Source of the DNA: Candidatus Harrisonbacteria bacterium
GTDB taxonomy: Bacteria > Patescibacteriota > Minisyncoccia > UBA6257 > 02-FULL-45-10c
DNA length: 64,000 bases
Direction of reading: 5' to 3'
Assembly (NCBI GenBank): GCA_016192685.1
Contig: JACPTS010000003.1
Coordinates: forward strand, 15,119-79,118
Position numbers and translations under genes: made by a program. Shown here piece by piece: positions 9,200 through 18,869 of the stretch (position 1 is the stretch's first letter; each line of letters begins with the position of its first letter). The notes beneath the pieces are model-generated. The model made no database searches. It was not told the origin of the DNA and saw only the letters and a list, made by a program, of their open reading frames with translations.

Positions 9200-9200
9200 T

Positions 9201-9228
9201 CCCGCATTATTGCGGGATTTTTGTTTTT
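9201..9228 (+). terminator. intrinsic terminator (CCCGCA-ttat-TGCGGG + T-run)
   Basis: Perfect 6-bp stem plus a T-run. Confidence 0.6.
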
Positions 9229-9236
9229 TATTATAC

Positions 9237-9268
9237 TATACCCCTTATTCGTACGAATAAGGGGTATA
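9237..9268. repeat. 32-bp perfect palindrome TATACCCCTTATTCGTACGAATAAGGGGTATA (copy 2 of 2)
   Basis: Identical to the core at 6349-6380. Again lies just after a terminator and about 52 bp before a start codon (htpX). Both downstream leaders share CAGGATATG. Confidence 0.8.
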
Positions 9269-9320
9269 AGAAGAATTACCTTTTTATTTTTTAAAAAATC
9301 TATTATAATTTAAGCAGGAT

Positions 9321-10229
9321 ATGAATCAATTTCTTTATAAAAATAAAACTTTGAATCTTTTTAAGACCTGGCTGTTATTTGCCGGATTTTTGGGATTTGT
9401 AATAGCGTTTGGTTTTGCTTTTGCCCAGATTTACCAAAATTCCTCTATTCTTTATTTTGCGGTTATTTTGAGCGTTGGAACGGCGCTTTTCAGCTACTGG
9501 TTTTCCGATAAAATGGTACTCGCCATGGTTAAAGCCAAGCCAGTTTCCAAGGATTCCGCGCCGGAACTTTATGATTTGGTTTCGGATTTGGCGAAAGAAG
9601 CGAATTTACCCTTGCCAAAAATTTATATTGTTGAGGAAAATGCTCCAAATGCTTTTGCCACCGGCCGGAATCCGAAACATGCGGTAGTGGCGGTAACCAC
9701 CGGAATATTGCGGAAATTAAATAAAGATGAGCTTAGAGGGGTGCTGGCGCATGAACTTTCTCATGTTGCCAATCGCGATATGCTGGTAGGAACCGTAGCG
9801 GTGATTTTAGTCGGATTTATTTCTATTGCTTCTGATTTTTTTATGCGGTCAATGCTTTGGGGCGGAATGCGAAGAGATAGCCGAAATCAAGGAGGGACGA
9901 ATATTATTTTTCTGATAATTGGAGTGATTTTGGCAATGCTGGCGCCGTTGGCGGCGACTTTAATGCGTCTGGCAATTTCCAGAAAGCGGGAACTTTTAGC
10001 GGATTCTTCCGGAGCTCTTTTGACTCGGAAACCGGAAAATCTGGCGAGCGCTTTAATAAAAATTTCTTCTGATTCAACGCCAATGCTCCGTGCCAATAAT
10101 GCTAATTCCCATCTTTGGTTTGACGACCCGTTTGACAATAAGCCGCGTACTCCGTTTTTGCATAAATTATTCATGAGCCATCCGCCAACAGAGGAAAGAG
10201 TAAAGAACCTGCGCGGGTTAAAAATTTGA
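9321..10229 (+). CDS. htpX: zinc metalloprotease HtpX (M48)
   Basis: HELSHVANRD (HExxH), four TM segments, and C-terminal motifs of HtpX-type M48 proteases. Confidence 0.85.
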   Translation: MNQFLYKNKTLNLFKTWLLFAGFLGFVIAFGFAFAQIYQNSSILYFAVILSVGTALFSYWFSDKMVLAMVKAKPVSKDSAPELYDLVSDLAKEANLPLPKIYIVEENAPNAFATGRNPKHAVVAVTTGILRKLNKDELRGVLAHELSHVANRDMLVGTVAVILVGFISIASDFFMRSMLWGGMRRDSRNQGGTNIIFLIIGVILAMLAPLAATLMRLAISRKRELLADSSGALLTRKPENLASALIKISSDSTPMLRANNANSHLWFDDPFDNKPRTPFLHKLFMSHPPTEERVKNLRGLKI

Positions 10230-10259
10230 TTGACTTTTTGAATTCACTGCATTATTCTG

Positions 10260-10625
10260 ATGCCAGAACGTTGCAAGGAGGAAATTGTGAAACTTCACAT
10301 GCTTTATTTTCGCGGATTAAGGGGAGAAACAATCAATCTTTATCTGGAAACAGAAAAGGCTATGATTCTTGGCGCAACCGCGGATATGCTCTGGGCATAT
10401 CAATTCTCTTTGCTGAAAAATAAGAATTTAAGTTTATTGAAAAGATTTACAAGGCGTTACGAGTTTAAAGAAGTGCAGGATTCGGACTTAGAACAGGCGA
10501 TTAACAAGTGGCTTGAAGAAAAAAGTTCTTTTCGTTCGGAAAGTTTGAAAGCAGGGATGAAAGAAAAAATAATGAACTACGCGCGAGACATCTTTTCGGA
10601 TAAAAGAAGAATCCCCTTGAGATAA
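10260..10625 (+). CDS. hypothetical protein (121 aa)
   Basis: ORF in the dense + strand context with no recognisable motif. Confidence 0.35.
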   Translation: MPERCKEEIVKLHMLYFRGLRGETINLYLETEKAMILGATADMLWAYQFSLLKNKNLSLLKRFTRRYEFKEVQDSDLEQAINKWLEEKSSFRSESLKAGMKEKIMNYARDIFSDKRRIPLR

Positions 10626-10659
10626 GGGGATTTTTATTATAGATTTATTTATAGATTAT

Positions 10660-10748
10660 GGAGGGTTCGCATAGCGGTCTATTGCGCCTGCTTGGAGAGC
10701 AGGTTTCTCCGAAAGGGGATCGTGAGTTCAAATCTCACACCCTCCGCA
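10660..10748 (+). tRNA. tRNA-Ser (anticodon GGA), type II with long variable arm, CA 3' end
   Basis: Hand-folded cloverleaf. Acceptor stem GGAGGGT/ACCCTCC, 3-bp D stem, anticodon stem CCTGC/GCAGG with loop TTGGAGA, a 17-nt variable arm, and T arm GTGAG-TTCAAAT-CTCAC. Confidence 0.85.
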
Positions 10749-10777
10749 GTCAACATTTTTTATCGAGAGACCTATTT

Positions 10778-10936
10778 ATGTCTAATAAAATTGATAAAGA
10801 GAAATACTTTGCTAAATGCACTCGGTGCGGGATTGATACGGATAACCCCCGATTAATTAATCAACGTTGTCGTATGATGTATAAAAATAAAGGGCGATGT
10901 AAAGGATATTATCGCAGTAATTTATTTAAATCATGA
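10778..10936 (+). CDS. small Cys-rich (zinc-ribbon-like) protein, 52 aa
   Basis: CTRCG ... C-x4-C ... C arrangement (KCTRCGIDTDNPRLINQRCRMMYKNKGRC). It is the 3' part of the track ORF 10658-10936, whose 5' part overlaps the tRNA and is not coding. Confidence 0.3.
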   Translation: MSNKIDKEKYFAKCTRCGIDTDNPRLINQRCRMMYKNKGRCKGYYRSNLFKS

Positions 10937-11222
10937 ATATAAATATTAAAAAAAATAATTGAAGAATATGATTTATCTAAAACTGATGAAGGAATCATAA
11001 AAGAGTCAGCTACTGGAAATACAGCGGGCATAAATCAATCCCGCGTTATAACAGAATTAATTCTTGGAAAAAAGATAGAGAAAGCAGCAAATAAAATAAT
11101 AAAATCTAATCAATTTCATTTATGGGCAATGATTGCATTGACGGCCGGCCTCTTTTTTGTAGGTTTCGTTACAATGATAATTCAATTAATACAATCTGGG
11201 TGGAATCCTTTTAGATAAAAAC

Positions 11223-11672
11223 ATGAAAAGAGATTTTACATATTGGCTCCGTTGGCTTGTATTGCTACCCGGTACATTACTCGCAATAATATTTGCTAGT
11301 TTTCTACTTCATTGGGTGCTTTACTCTACGTTGACAGGGTTTATTGAGCCCTATCCCGAACTTCCAGAAAGGATTTTGTTACCGTTTGTAGCGGCCGTTA
11401 TTTTCATTTGGGCGGGAGCCTACATTGCACCGGAACACAAATTTAAAACAGCTATTATCCTTTTCGGAATTTTGATGTTTTCGCTTGGTGGATTTGTATT
11501 TATTGTATTCACTAACTCTGATTGGGTTGGAGGTCAATTATATTTTGAGGGCGGGGGCATTGGCCCGATAATGTCTGTTCTCGGTGCAATTTTTGGATTA
11601 TTCTATCCAATCTTAAGGAAAAAACGTAAGGTTGCTATTTCGCCCGCCGACCGAGATACGTTGCCGGGATAG
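11223..11672 (+). CDS. hypothetical membrane protein (4 TM)
   Basis: Four hydrophobic helices. Lies in the tRNA-Ser-adjacent accessory segment. Confidence 0.45.
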   Translation: MKRDFTYWLRWLVLLPGTLLAIIFASFLLHWVLYSTLTGFIEPYPELPERILLPFVAAVIFIWAGAYIAPEHKFKTAIILFGILMFSLGGFVFIVFTNSDWVGGQLYFEGGGIGPIMSVLGAIFGLFYPILRKKRKVAISPADRDTLPG

Positions 11673-11764
11673 CCCCAAAACTGCTAAAATTCTCTTTATG
11701 GGGTTGGTTCTAGATTGACTTACACCGCCTTACCGAAATATAGATGTAATAAAATTAAATCCTT

Positions 11765-12037
11765 ATGCCTTTCAGGAATAGAAGATTTGCAAAAAAAGTA
11801 AAAGAAAAACCATGTGAGTGGTGCGGTTGGCAAGCGGCAAGTCGTCACGCTGCACACATTGTAGATGAGGTTCGAGAGGCAAAAAAATGGAATGCGATAT
11901 CCTTTTGCCCCAATTGCGCTACTGTTTTTGACGACATCATAAGACCAAAACTTTATAAAGCCTTGAATGAATATGGCGCGAAAAATCTACCCACGTCTTG
12001 GAAACAATCAAATAAGTTATTTAAAAAAGTCGATTAA
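11765..12037 (+). CDS. HNH-like / zinc-finger small protein
   Basis: CEWCG ... HAAHIV ... N ... CPNC arrangement, compatible with an HNH nuclease core (CxxC-H-N-H-CxxC). Confidence 0.4.
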   Translation: MPFRNRRFAKKVKEKPCEWCGWQAASRHAAHIVDEVREAKKWNAISFCPNCATVFDDIIRPKLYKALNEYGAKNLPTSWKQSNKLFKKVD

Positions 12038-12062
12038 AAAGAAACAAATTGAGTAATTAATT

Positions 12063-12542
12063 ATGGTATCAATAGAAAAGTATACTGAACAAGGGAAAAA
12101 AGAAATTGAAGAGAAGTACGTAAAACTAGAGAAATCTAAAGCATGGTTTGACACAAAATATATTAAAGACGAGGAACAACTAACCCAGGAACAAATTGCC
12201 TATCTTCGTAAATATTCAATAACGATCATCGGATTGTGGCCACTAAACGCTTTGGTGCGAAAACAATGGGATCTGGTTATTATTTTAGTAATTATTTACT
12301 TTCTTCTACCGGCGGGAGTAGCACTTTTGGAGATTTACTCTAGTGTTTACTTGGCTATCGCCTTAACAGTGGTTCCTAGTATATGGTGGTTATATTTTAG
12401 TCTTAAGCACGGAAGAAGGTTGGCGTGGAATCGTAATGAATGGAAGAGCTTTGAATCTTTCGAAAAATCTGAAAGGGTGTGGGCTTTATTTGCGTGGATA
12501 ACAGTAGCGTTTTATGTGTTGCTGGTAGCAATCGGTTATTAA
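12063..12542 (+). CDS. hypothetical membrane protein
   Basis: Charged N-terminal domain followed by TM helices. Confidence 0.4.
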   Translation: MVSIEKYTEQGKKEIEEKYVKLEKSKAWFDTKYIKDEEQLTQEQIAYLRKYSITIIGLWPLNALVRKQWDLVIILVIIYFLLPAGVALLEIYSSVYLAIALTVVPSIWWLYFSLKHGRRLAWNRNEWKSFESFEKSERVWALFAWITVAFYVLLVAIGY

Positions 12543-12772
12543 AGAGAAGGTTAACCTACGACCCCGACTCACGTGCCTCATTTTGCAAGCCGCCCCAAAA
12601 CCCCGAATTTCCCTCTAAAATCTTGGCACTTAACCCACGTGTCCCGCCAGTTGTTTTGTTCATATTTTATGGGGTAATTTTGACCCTGATGATAGGTGGG
12701 ACGTTAGAATCTCTTGCAAAATACTTTTGACTTGGTTATACTACTTTTAGTAGTTCAACAATAATTTGGAGG

Positions 12773-12955
12773 ATGGAAATGGGACTTTCTACGGACCTTG
12801 CAAATGCGGCAAAGAAACTTCGTCGAAACATCGATGCCGGTGTTGAGGTAAAAAGGGCTGTTCGTGTGTTTGCGAAAGACGTGGAAAAAGCTGCCGAAAC
12901 GGTGAAAAAAGCCACTCGTGCATTATTGAACGTCCTACCCCCCAGCGATGATTAA
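12773..12955 (+). CDS. small hypothetical protein (60 aa)
   Basis: RBS GGAGG 8 bp upstream and a terminator at 12975-13003. Confidence 0.35.
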   Translation: MEMGLSTDLANAAKKLRRNIDAGVEVKRAVRVFAKDVEKAAETVKKATRALLNVLPPSDD

Positions 12956-12974
12956 TCATTTATCATCAATCAAC

Positions 12975-13003
12975 GCGGCGAGATAACATCAAGCCGCTTT
13001 TTA
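12975..13003 (+). terminator. intrinsic terminator (GCGGC...GCCGC + T5)
   Basis: 5-bp GC stem with a 13-nt loop and a T-run. Confidence 0.45.
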
Positions 13004-13035
13004 TTTTAAATGTTATTATTAAGATAGGGTTTAAT

Positions 13036-14004
13036 ATGATTTACGAAGCGATTAAAAATTTTCACGCCCAGTTTGATTTTAAGCCGGCAGTAGAAAACGC
13101 CGGCAAGCTTAAAAAATACGGGCAATTTATTGTTGCCGGTATGGGCGGTTCAAATTTAGCGCCGGAGCTTTTAAAAATCCGGAGGTCGGCTTTAAATATC
13201 ATTTCCCATCGTAATTACGGGTTGCCGGCTTTATCGCCCAAAATTTTAAAAAATACCCTGATTATCGCCAGTTCTTATTCCGGCAATACCGAAGAGACTC
13301 TGGACGCTTTTAAAATGGCGGTAAGCAAAAATTATCCGACAGCGGCAATTACCGTTGGCGGGAAATTATTGGATTTAGCTAAAAAATTTAAAAAGCCGTT
13401 TATTCAATTGCCTGATACCGGTATCCAGCCCCGGTCAGCGCTGGGATTTTTCACTAAATCGCTTTTAAAGATAACCGGCGACCAGGAAGCATCGCGAGAA
13501 ATATCCGAATTAGCTAAGGTTTTAAAACCTTACGAATTGGAGAGAGCGGGAAAAGCGCTGGCCAAAAAATTAAAGGGACATGTGCCGGTTATTTACGTCT
13601 CGGAGCGCAACCGGGCGATTGCTTACAATTGGAAGATTAAATTCAATGAGACCGGAAAAATTCCGGCTTTTATCAATGCTTTTCCGGAGCTTAACCATAA
13701 TGAAATGACCGGTTTTGATGTGAAAGATTCTACTCAGAACCTTTCAAAAAATTTTTACTTCCTTTTTTTAAAAGATCCGGCGGACCATCCAAAAATTGTA
13801 AAAAGAATGAATATTACGGAACGGCTTTATCGGGAACGGCAATTGCCGGTGGAAACAATGGTTTTAAGCGGCAAAAGCGTTTTTCATAAAATTTTTTCTT
13901 CTTTAGTGCTGGCTGATTGGGCGGCTTATTATACGGCAGAAGAATATAAAGTGGAAGCAACGGAAGTGCCGATGGTTGAAGAATTTAAACGGCTAATAAA
14001 ATAG
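13036..14004 (+). CDS. bifunctional phosphoglucose/phosphomannose isomerase (SIS-domain PGI/PMI family)
   Basis: 322 aa. SIS-domain motifs (VAGMGGSNLAPELLK, SYSGNTEET) resembling archaeal-type PGI/PMI. Confidence 0.65.
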   Translation: MIYEAIKNFHAQFDFKPAVENAGKLKKYGQFIVAGMGGSNLAPELLKIRRSALNIISHRNYGLPALSPKILKNTLIIASSYSGNTEETLDAFKMAVSKNYPTAAITVGGKLLDLAKKFKKPFIQLPDTGIQPRSALGFFTKSLLKITGDQEASREISELAKVLKPYELERAGKALAKKLKGHVPVIYVSERNRAIAYNWKIKFNETGKIPAFINAFPELNHNEMTGFDVKDSTQNLSKNFYFLFLKDPADHPKIVKRMNITERLYRERQLPVETMVLSGKSVFHKIFSSLVLADWAAYYTAEEYKVEATEVPMVEEFKRLIK

Positions 14005-14084
14005 AGAAAATTAATTGATTGACTTCTGATAATTTTAGACGCATTCTGTAATTAGAATCTTAAACTTGAATATATTGGGTAAAA

Positions 14085-14561
14085 ATGTCTGAACTAGACT
14101 GGACCTCAAGAAGGCCAGATTTTTCTGATCCTGACAAATACGAAAAAGAGGGGTGGGAAAAAACTGGAAAGTATGACTTACCGCATCGTAACGGTAAATT
14201 CGTGTCCTGGGCAACTTTTGGAACCGTAGACCCGATAGATAAAATAGGAACGCTTGTTGAATATCAAAACGAATCCTTAGGCTTAAAGGCCATTACTATA
14301 GATTTTTTCAATCAAGGCATAGTCTATACCGAGTGGCTGATGATGAATAATACCGCCATCGGGGCTCCGCGAGGCTTGGCGCTTTTCATAAATAATCACT
14401 GGATTATTAAAAAATTAAATGAGGTTTTTGTTTTAGATGTTGAAATAAATTTTGCCGGCGGCCAAAAGATTGCCAATAAAGTAAGGCTCTCTTTTGTGGA
14501 AAAACAGCGCTTACCGCAACAGATAACAACCGCTTCAATATTAATAGCCAGAGAAAACTAA
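14085..14561 (+). CDS. hypothetical protein (158 aa)
   Basis: No recognisable motif. Followed by a tandem-duplicated terminator-like hairpin (GTAAACTCTCCTTT x2). Confidence 0.4.
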   Translation: MSELDWTSRRPDFSDPDKYEKEGWEKTGKYDLPHRNGKFVSWATFGTVDPIDKIGTLVEYQNESLGLKAITIDFFNQGIVYTEWLMMNNTAIGAPRGLALFINNHWIIKKLNEVFVLDVEINFAGGQKIANKVRLSFVEKQRLPQQITTASILIAREN

Positions 14562-14625
14562 GTAAACTCTCCTTTGTAAACTCTCCTTTAAGGGGAGTTT
14601 TCATTTGCTGTGGTATAATTAAATT

Positions 14626-15555
14626 ATGAACGAAAACAATAAAAGTTCTCCAAAAGACGTATTTTTGCATCTTTTGGCGATTATCGCTCTTTATATAAGC
14701 GCCGGCAGTTTAATCCGCCTTTGGTTTGATTATATTAATTTATCGTTTCCGGATATTTTGAATTATTATTCTTATTCCGCGACCGCGGGAACAATCCGTT
14801 GGGGAATGGCGGCTTTAATTATCGTTTTTCCGGTATATCTTTCGGCTTCCTGGCTTTTAAATAAAGATTATAGAAATCAGCCGGAGAAGCGGGATTTAAA
14901 AATAAGAAAATGGCTGGTGTATTTTACGCTTTTTATCGCCGCGGTAATGATTATCGGCGATCTGGTGGCGCTGGTGTATAATTTTTTGGGAGGGGATTTA
15001 ACCGCCCGTTTTACTTTAAAAATAGCGGTAATTTTGACAGTGGCCGGAGCAATTTTCAGTTATTATCTTCTGGATCTTCGAAGAAAATATACTGTCGGGC
15101 AGCTTAAAATTTTAACCGTAACCGTATCAATAATAGTATTAGGAAGCATTATTACGGGATTTTTTACTGCCGGTTCTCCTTTTAAAGCCAGACTGCGGCG
15201 TTTTGATGAGCGGCGAATCAATGATTTGCAAATCTTGCAAAATGAAATTATCAATTATTGGGCCCAAAAAGATAAGTTGCCGGCAAGTCTGGATGATTTA
15301 AAAAATGACATCACCGGTTTCCGGCCGCCGGCAGACCCGGAATCTAACACCGCCTATAATTATAAAGTTTTGAAACCGCTTTCCTTTGAGCTTTGCTCCA
15401 ACTTTCATTTTCCTTCGGAAGAAAATTTGAGGGTTCCCAAAGCAGTTTCTTATTACGAAGGCCCTTATCAGCAAAACTGGAATCATGATAAAGGCGAAAC
15501 ATGTTTTTCGCGAACTATTGACCCGGAACTTTATCGGCCGAAAGAAAAACGCTAA
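14626..15555 (+). CDS. hypothetical integral membrane protein (309 aa)
   Basis: Multiple TM helices in the N-terminal half and a soluble C-terminal domain. Confidence 0.5.
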   Translation: MNENNKSSPKDVFLHLLAIIALYISAGSLIRLWFDYINLSFPDILNYYSYSATAGTIRWGMAALIIVFPVYLSASWLLNKDYRNQPEKRDLKIRKWLVYFTLFIAAVMIIGDLVALVYNFLGGDLTARFTLKIAVILTVAGAIFSYYLLDLRRKYTVGQLKILTVTVSIIVLGSIITGFFTAGSPFKARLRRFDERRINDLQILQNEIINYWAQKDKLPASLDDLKNDITGFRPPADPESNTAYNYKVLKPLSFELCSNFHFPSEENLRVPKAVSYYEGPYQQNWNHDKGETCFSRTIDPELYRPKEKR

Positions 15556-15558
15556 ATC

Positions 15559-16200
15559 ATGAATGACCTGCTGCTTTTAATTTTCCAATTCCTGGTTTTT
15601 ATTTTTTCCGTGATGGTACATGAAGTTTCCCACGGTTTAATGGCCCTAAAATTAGGCGATGACACCGCTAAAGATTTGGGCCGGTTAAATTTGAATCCAG
15701 CTAAACATTTGGATTTTTTTGGCTCTTTTGTCTTGCCGTTCATTTTAGTGATTACTAACAGCCCGGTGATTTTCGGCTGGGCCAAGCCGGTGCCTTATAA
15801 TCCGAATAATTTAAAAAATCCGAAAATTGGAGCGGCTTTAATCGGGGCGGCCGGACCGTTAAGTAATATTTTCATTGCGGTAATTTTTGGGATTCTATTG
15901 CGCCTTGCCGGCCCGGCTGTTGAACTGAATCCGAATCTGGCTCCGCTTATCCTGTTTTTTAATGTCATTATTTTTATTAATTTATTATTGGCGGTATTTA
16001 ATTTGGTTCCGATTCCGCCGCTGGATGGCTCTAAATTGCTTTTTGCCTTACTGCCATCTCAATCTTATCGCCTCCAGCGGCTTTTGGAACAATACGGACT
16101 CGTTATTTTACTTTTATTTTTATTTATCGGTTTCGGATTGCTCATTCCGATTATTCAAGGATTGCACGCTGTTTTAGTCGGCCGCTGGTTGACGCTATAA
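15559..16200 (+). CDS. site-2 protease family (M50) intramembrane metalloprotease
   Basis: HEVSHGLMA (HExxH) in TM1 and the LDG motif (PIPPLDGSKLL) in a later TM helix. Confidence 0.75.
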   Translation: MNDLLLLIFQFLVFIFSVMVHEVSHGLMALKLGDDTAKDLGRLNLNPAKHLDFFGSFVLPFILVITNSPVIFGWAKPVPYNPNNLKNPKIGAALIGAAGPLSNIFIAVIFGILLRLAGPAVELNPNLAPLILFFNVIIFINLLLAVFNLVPIPPLDGSKLLFALLPSQSYRLQRLLEQYGLVILLLFLFIGFGLLIPIIQGLHAVLVGRWLTL

Positions 16201-16236
16201 AAGAGCTATGATTTAATTTAGGTAAATTAGGGTTCT

Positions 16237-17439
16237 TTGATAATTAATTTAATGAAAAAGCGCTTGCGGTGCTTATTGATATTTTGTTTGCCAATTTTTT
16301 TAATTAAGGAACCAGTTTTTGCCGCTTCTCTTTCAAATGAACTTCAAGCTCTGGAAAAAGTAACAGACGTATTATTTACGATTGAAAAATTTTTCCATAA
16401 AGAAGTTGATCTCAAAAAATGCGTGGAAGCAACTCTCCAAAGGGGAATTTCAGAATGCCTGGACCCTTTTAGCCAATATTTAACCAAAGAAGAAGCCGCC
16501 AGCCGCGAAGAAGAAATAAGCGGCCACCTCAGCGGCGGCATTGGCATAAGGTTAATGGGACGAAGAACCAAAGAACATAATGAAATTATTATTGTTGCCG
16601 TATTAAAAAACACCCCGGCCGAAAAAACCGGCCTAAAACCCGGCGATGTAATAGTCGCGATCTCTTCAACTTCTAAAAAAGAAAATCAAATTTCTGCCCA
16701 CGGCTTGGCTATGAATGAGGTAGTTAAACTTATCAGAGGGGAAATTGGCACCGAGGTATTGCTGATAATCTCGCGCGAAAATGAGATTAAAGAATTTACT
16801 TTGGCGCGAGCCGATATAAAATTAGTTACAGTTGAATATAAGATGCTGGATTCTCAAGCCGGTTATCTCCAAATAATTGAATTCGGCTCGGAAACCGGAG
16901 ATGATTTTCAGGCGGCCGTCAGCAGTTTATCGGCAAGCGGCATGAAAGTAATGGTTCTTGACCTTAGGAATAATCCGGGCGGCTTGCTGAGGTCGGTTCT
17001 GAATATTAATTCCTTATTCGCGAAAGATGGCGCTTCGCTTTTATATACGGCCGGTCGTAATGACCTCCCGCATCAGTATGTGCCGAACGACGATAAAATC
17101 GGCCAATATAAAAATCTGAAAGTCGTGGTTTTGATTAATGAATACAGCGCTAGCGCCGCGGAAATCATGGCTGGCTGGCTGAAAAACGATTGCGGCGCGC
17201 CGCTAATCGGTAAAAAAACTTTCGGTAAAGGATCAGTTCAAATAAACATTGAGCTGAATGACGGCTCCGTACTTCACTTGACTGTGGCTGAATACTTTGT
17301 CGGTAAAGACAGAATTAAGGTTCATGAAATCGGAATCAGCCCCACTATTGAGTTAGAAAATCCGAAATCAGTTAAATCCGAAGCGGATGATTTACAGCTA
17401 AAAAGAGCGCTGGAAGAAGCAAATAAATTGATAAGGTGA
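16237..17439 (+). CDS. ctpA: carboxyl-terminal processing protease (S41, CtpA-like) with PDZ domain
   Basis: Signal peptide, PDZ segment ([11 protein letters not shown]) and S41 core motifs ([16 protein letters not shown]). Confidence 0.85.
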   Translation: MIINLMKKRLRCLLIFCLPIFLIKEPVFAASLSNELQALEKVTDVLFTIEKFFHKEVDLKKCVEATLQRGISECLDPFSQYLTKEEAASREEEISGHLSGGIGIRLMGRRTKEHNEIIIVAVLKNTPAEKTGLKPGDVIVAISSTSKKENQISAHGLAMNEVVKLIRGEIGTEVLLIISRENEIKEFTLARADIKLVTVEYKMLDSQAGYLQIIEFGSETGDDFQAAVSSLSASGMKVMVLDLRNNPGGLLRSVLNINSLFAKDGASLLYTAGRNDLPHQYVPNDDKIGQYKNLKVVVLINEYSASAAEIMAGWLKNDCGAPLIGKKTFGKGSVQINIELNDGSVLHLTVAEYFVGKDRIKVHEIGISPTIELENPKSVKSEADDLQLKRALEEANKLIR

Positions 17440-17451
17440 TAAATGTTAAAA

Positions 17452-17477
17452 GACGGGAACTTGACTCCCGTCTTTTT
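17452..17477 (+). terminator. intrinsic terminator (GACGGGA-acttgac-TCCCGTC + T5)
   Basis: Perfect 7-bp stem plus a T-run after ctpA. It overlaps a TTGACT -35-like hexamer for the str operon. Confidence 0.6.
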
Positions 17478-17490
17478 AATTTGCTATTAT
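17461..17490 (+). promoter_or_regulatory. putative promoter of str operon (TTGACT, 18-bp spacer, TATTAT)
   Basis: Hexamers read directly from the sequence. This would leave a very short leader before the rpsL ATG at 17502. Confidence 0.35.
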
Positions 17491-17501
17491 ATATTTTATC
17501 T

Positions 17502-17912
17502 ATGCCAACGATAAAACAGCTTTTAAAGGGTTCAAGAAAAAGCAAGGTTTCTAAATCCAAATCTCCGGCACTGGGGCGTTATTTTAATTACATTCAAAAC
17601 CGGCCGGTAAAATCCGTTTCGCCTTTTAAACGGGGCGTTTGCCTGAAAGTTTTTACCACGACGCCGAAAAAGCCGAATTCCGCGCTTCGCAAAGTTGCCA
17701 GAGTCCGCTTAACCAACGGCATGGAGGTTACCGCTTATATCGGTGGAGAGGGCCATAATTTGCAGGAACACTCGGTGGTAGTCATCCGCGGCGGCCGGGT
17801 AAAAGATTTGCCTGGAGTCCGCTATCATATTGTCCGGGGAGTTTTGGATACCAGCGGAGTAAGCGCCAGAAAACAGCAAAGGTCTAAGTATGGAGCCAAA
17901 CGCCCAAAGTAA
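17502..17912 (+). CDS. rpsL: 30S ribosomal protein S12
   Basis: [13 protein letters not shown] ... [11 protein letters not shown] ... conserved S12 sequence. The track ORF starts 22 codons earlier without support. Confidence 0.95.
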   Translation: MPTIKQLLKGSRKSKVSKSKSPALGRYFNYIQNRPVKSVSPFKRGVCLKVFTTTPKKPNSALRKVARVRLTNGMEVTAYIGGEGHNLQEHSVVVIRGGRVKDLPGVRYHIVRGVLDTSGVSARKQQRSKYGAKRPK

Positions 17913-17918
17913 AACTAT

Positions 17919-18386
17919 ATGAGAAAAAAGCGCAATTATAAACGAGAGCGCCAGCCGGATTTAAATTATGGCAGCGTGACCGTCGGCCGGTTCATTAATT
18001 ATTTAATGGAAGACGGTAAAAAACGGGCGGCGGAAAAAATAATGTATGGAGCTTTGGAGAAAATAAAAAAAGATACCGGCCAAGAACCGCTGCCAATTTT
18101 TGAAAAAGCGATTGAAAATGTTTCTCCGATGGTTGAAGTAAAAACCCGAAGGGTCGGCGGAGCGAATTACCAGGTGCCGATAGAAGTAAGGCAGGAACGA
18201 AAATTTATGCTTACTGCGCGCTGGCTGATTGATGCCGCCAAGAAAAAAACCGGCAAACCAATGGCTCAAAAACTGGCGGAAGAATTACTGCTGGCCTCTA
18301 AAAATGAAGGCGCCGCCATTAAAAAGAAACAGGATACCCACCGGATGGCAGAGGCTAATAGGGCATTCGCGCATTTTGCGCGATAA
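17919..18386 (+). CDS. rpsG: 30S ribosomal protein S7
   Basis: 155 aa with conserved S7 motifs (GKKRAAEKIMYGAL, RRVGGANYQVP). Confidence 0.95.
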   Translation: MRKKRNYKRERQPDLNYGSVTVGRFINYLMEDGKKRAAEKIMYGALEKIKKDTGQEPLPIFEKAIENVSPMVEVKTRRVGGANYQVPIEVRQERKFMLTARWLIDAAKKKTGKPMAQKLAEELLLASKNEGAAIKKKQDTHRMAEANRAFAHFAR

Positions 18387-18396
18387 CTAAAAAGCA

Positions 18397-18861
18397 ATGA
18401 AAGAATCTATGTTATCACCGGAAGAAAAAAGACCCCCAACCGTTAAAGAATCAATTCTTAAATCTTTTCAACGCTTTAGAAATCGTCCGGATAAACCAAA
18501 ATATACTTATGAAGAACAGTTGGAATTAGGAGAACGAAGTAAGGAAGTATATAAAAAATTTTTAAAAGAAAAAACTCCTGAAACGGAAAAAGCTCATCAG
18601 GAATTAAGCGCGAAATTTCTGGAAAGTAAGGCGGATAAAAAACATATTTCCGCGATACAAGCGCCTCTTTCCGCGATAGAATTATTTTTAGAATCTAAAA
18701 ATTCTGAATATATTCCGGAAACTAAACGTGGAAAATTATTTGATAAAGTTAACGATTTATTTAAAAAATTGGAAACAGCCCGCCAGCAAGAAAATATATC
18801 CGATGAATTAGTGGCTGAAGTATTAAATTTTTTGGATGAAATGGAAATTTATTTGAAATAA
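18397..18861 (+). CDS. hypothetical helical, charged protein inserted between rpsG and fusA (154 aa)
   Basis: ORF tightly packed in the str operon (10-bp and 8-bp gaps). No recognisable motif, predicted helical, K/E-rich. Confidence 0.5.
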   Translation: MKESMLSPEEKRPPTVKESILKSFQRFRNRPDKPKYTYEEQLELGERSKEVYKKFLKEKTPETEKAHQELSAKFLESKADKKHISAIQAPLSAIELFLESKNSEYIPETKRGKLFDKVNDLFKKLETARQQENISDELVAEVLNFLDEMEIYLK

Positions 18862-18869
18862 ATTTTATT

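Noticed and set aside
10658-10777. 5' part of track ORF 10658-10936 (MEGSHSGLLRLLGEQVSPKGDREFKSHTLRS...)
   Set aside because: It overlaps a well-formed tRNA-Ser(GGA). The reading frame is fortuitous. Only the downstream Cys-rich segment, from the ATG at 10778, is kept as a low-confidence small ORF.
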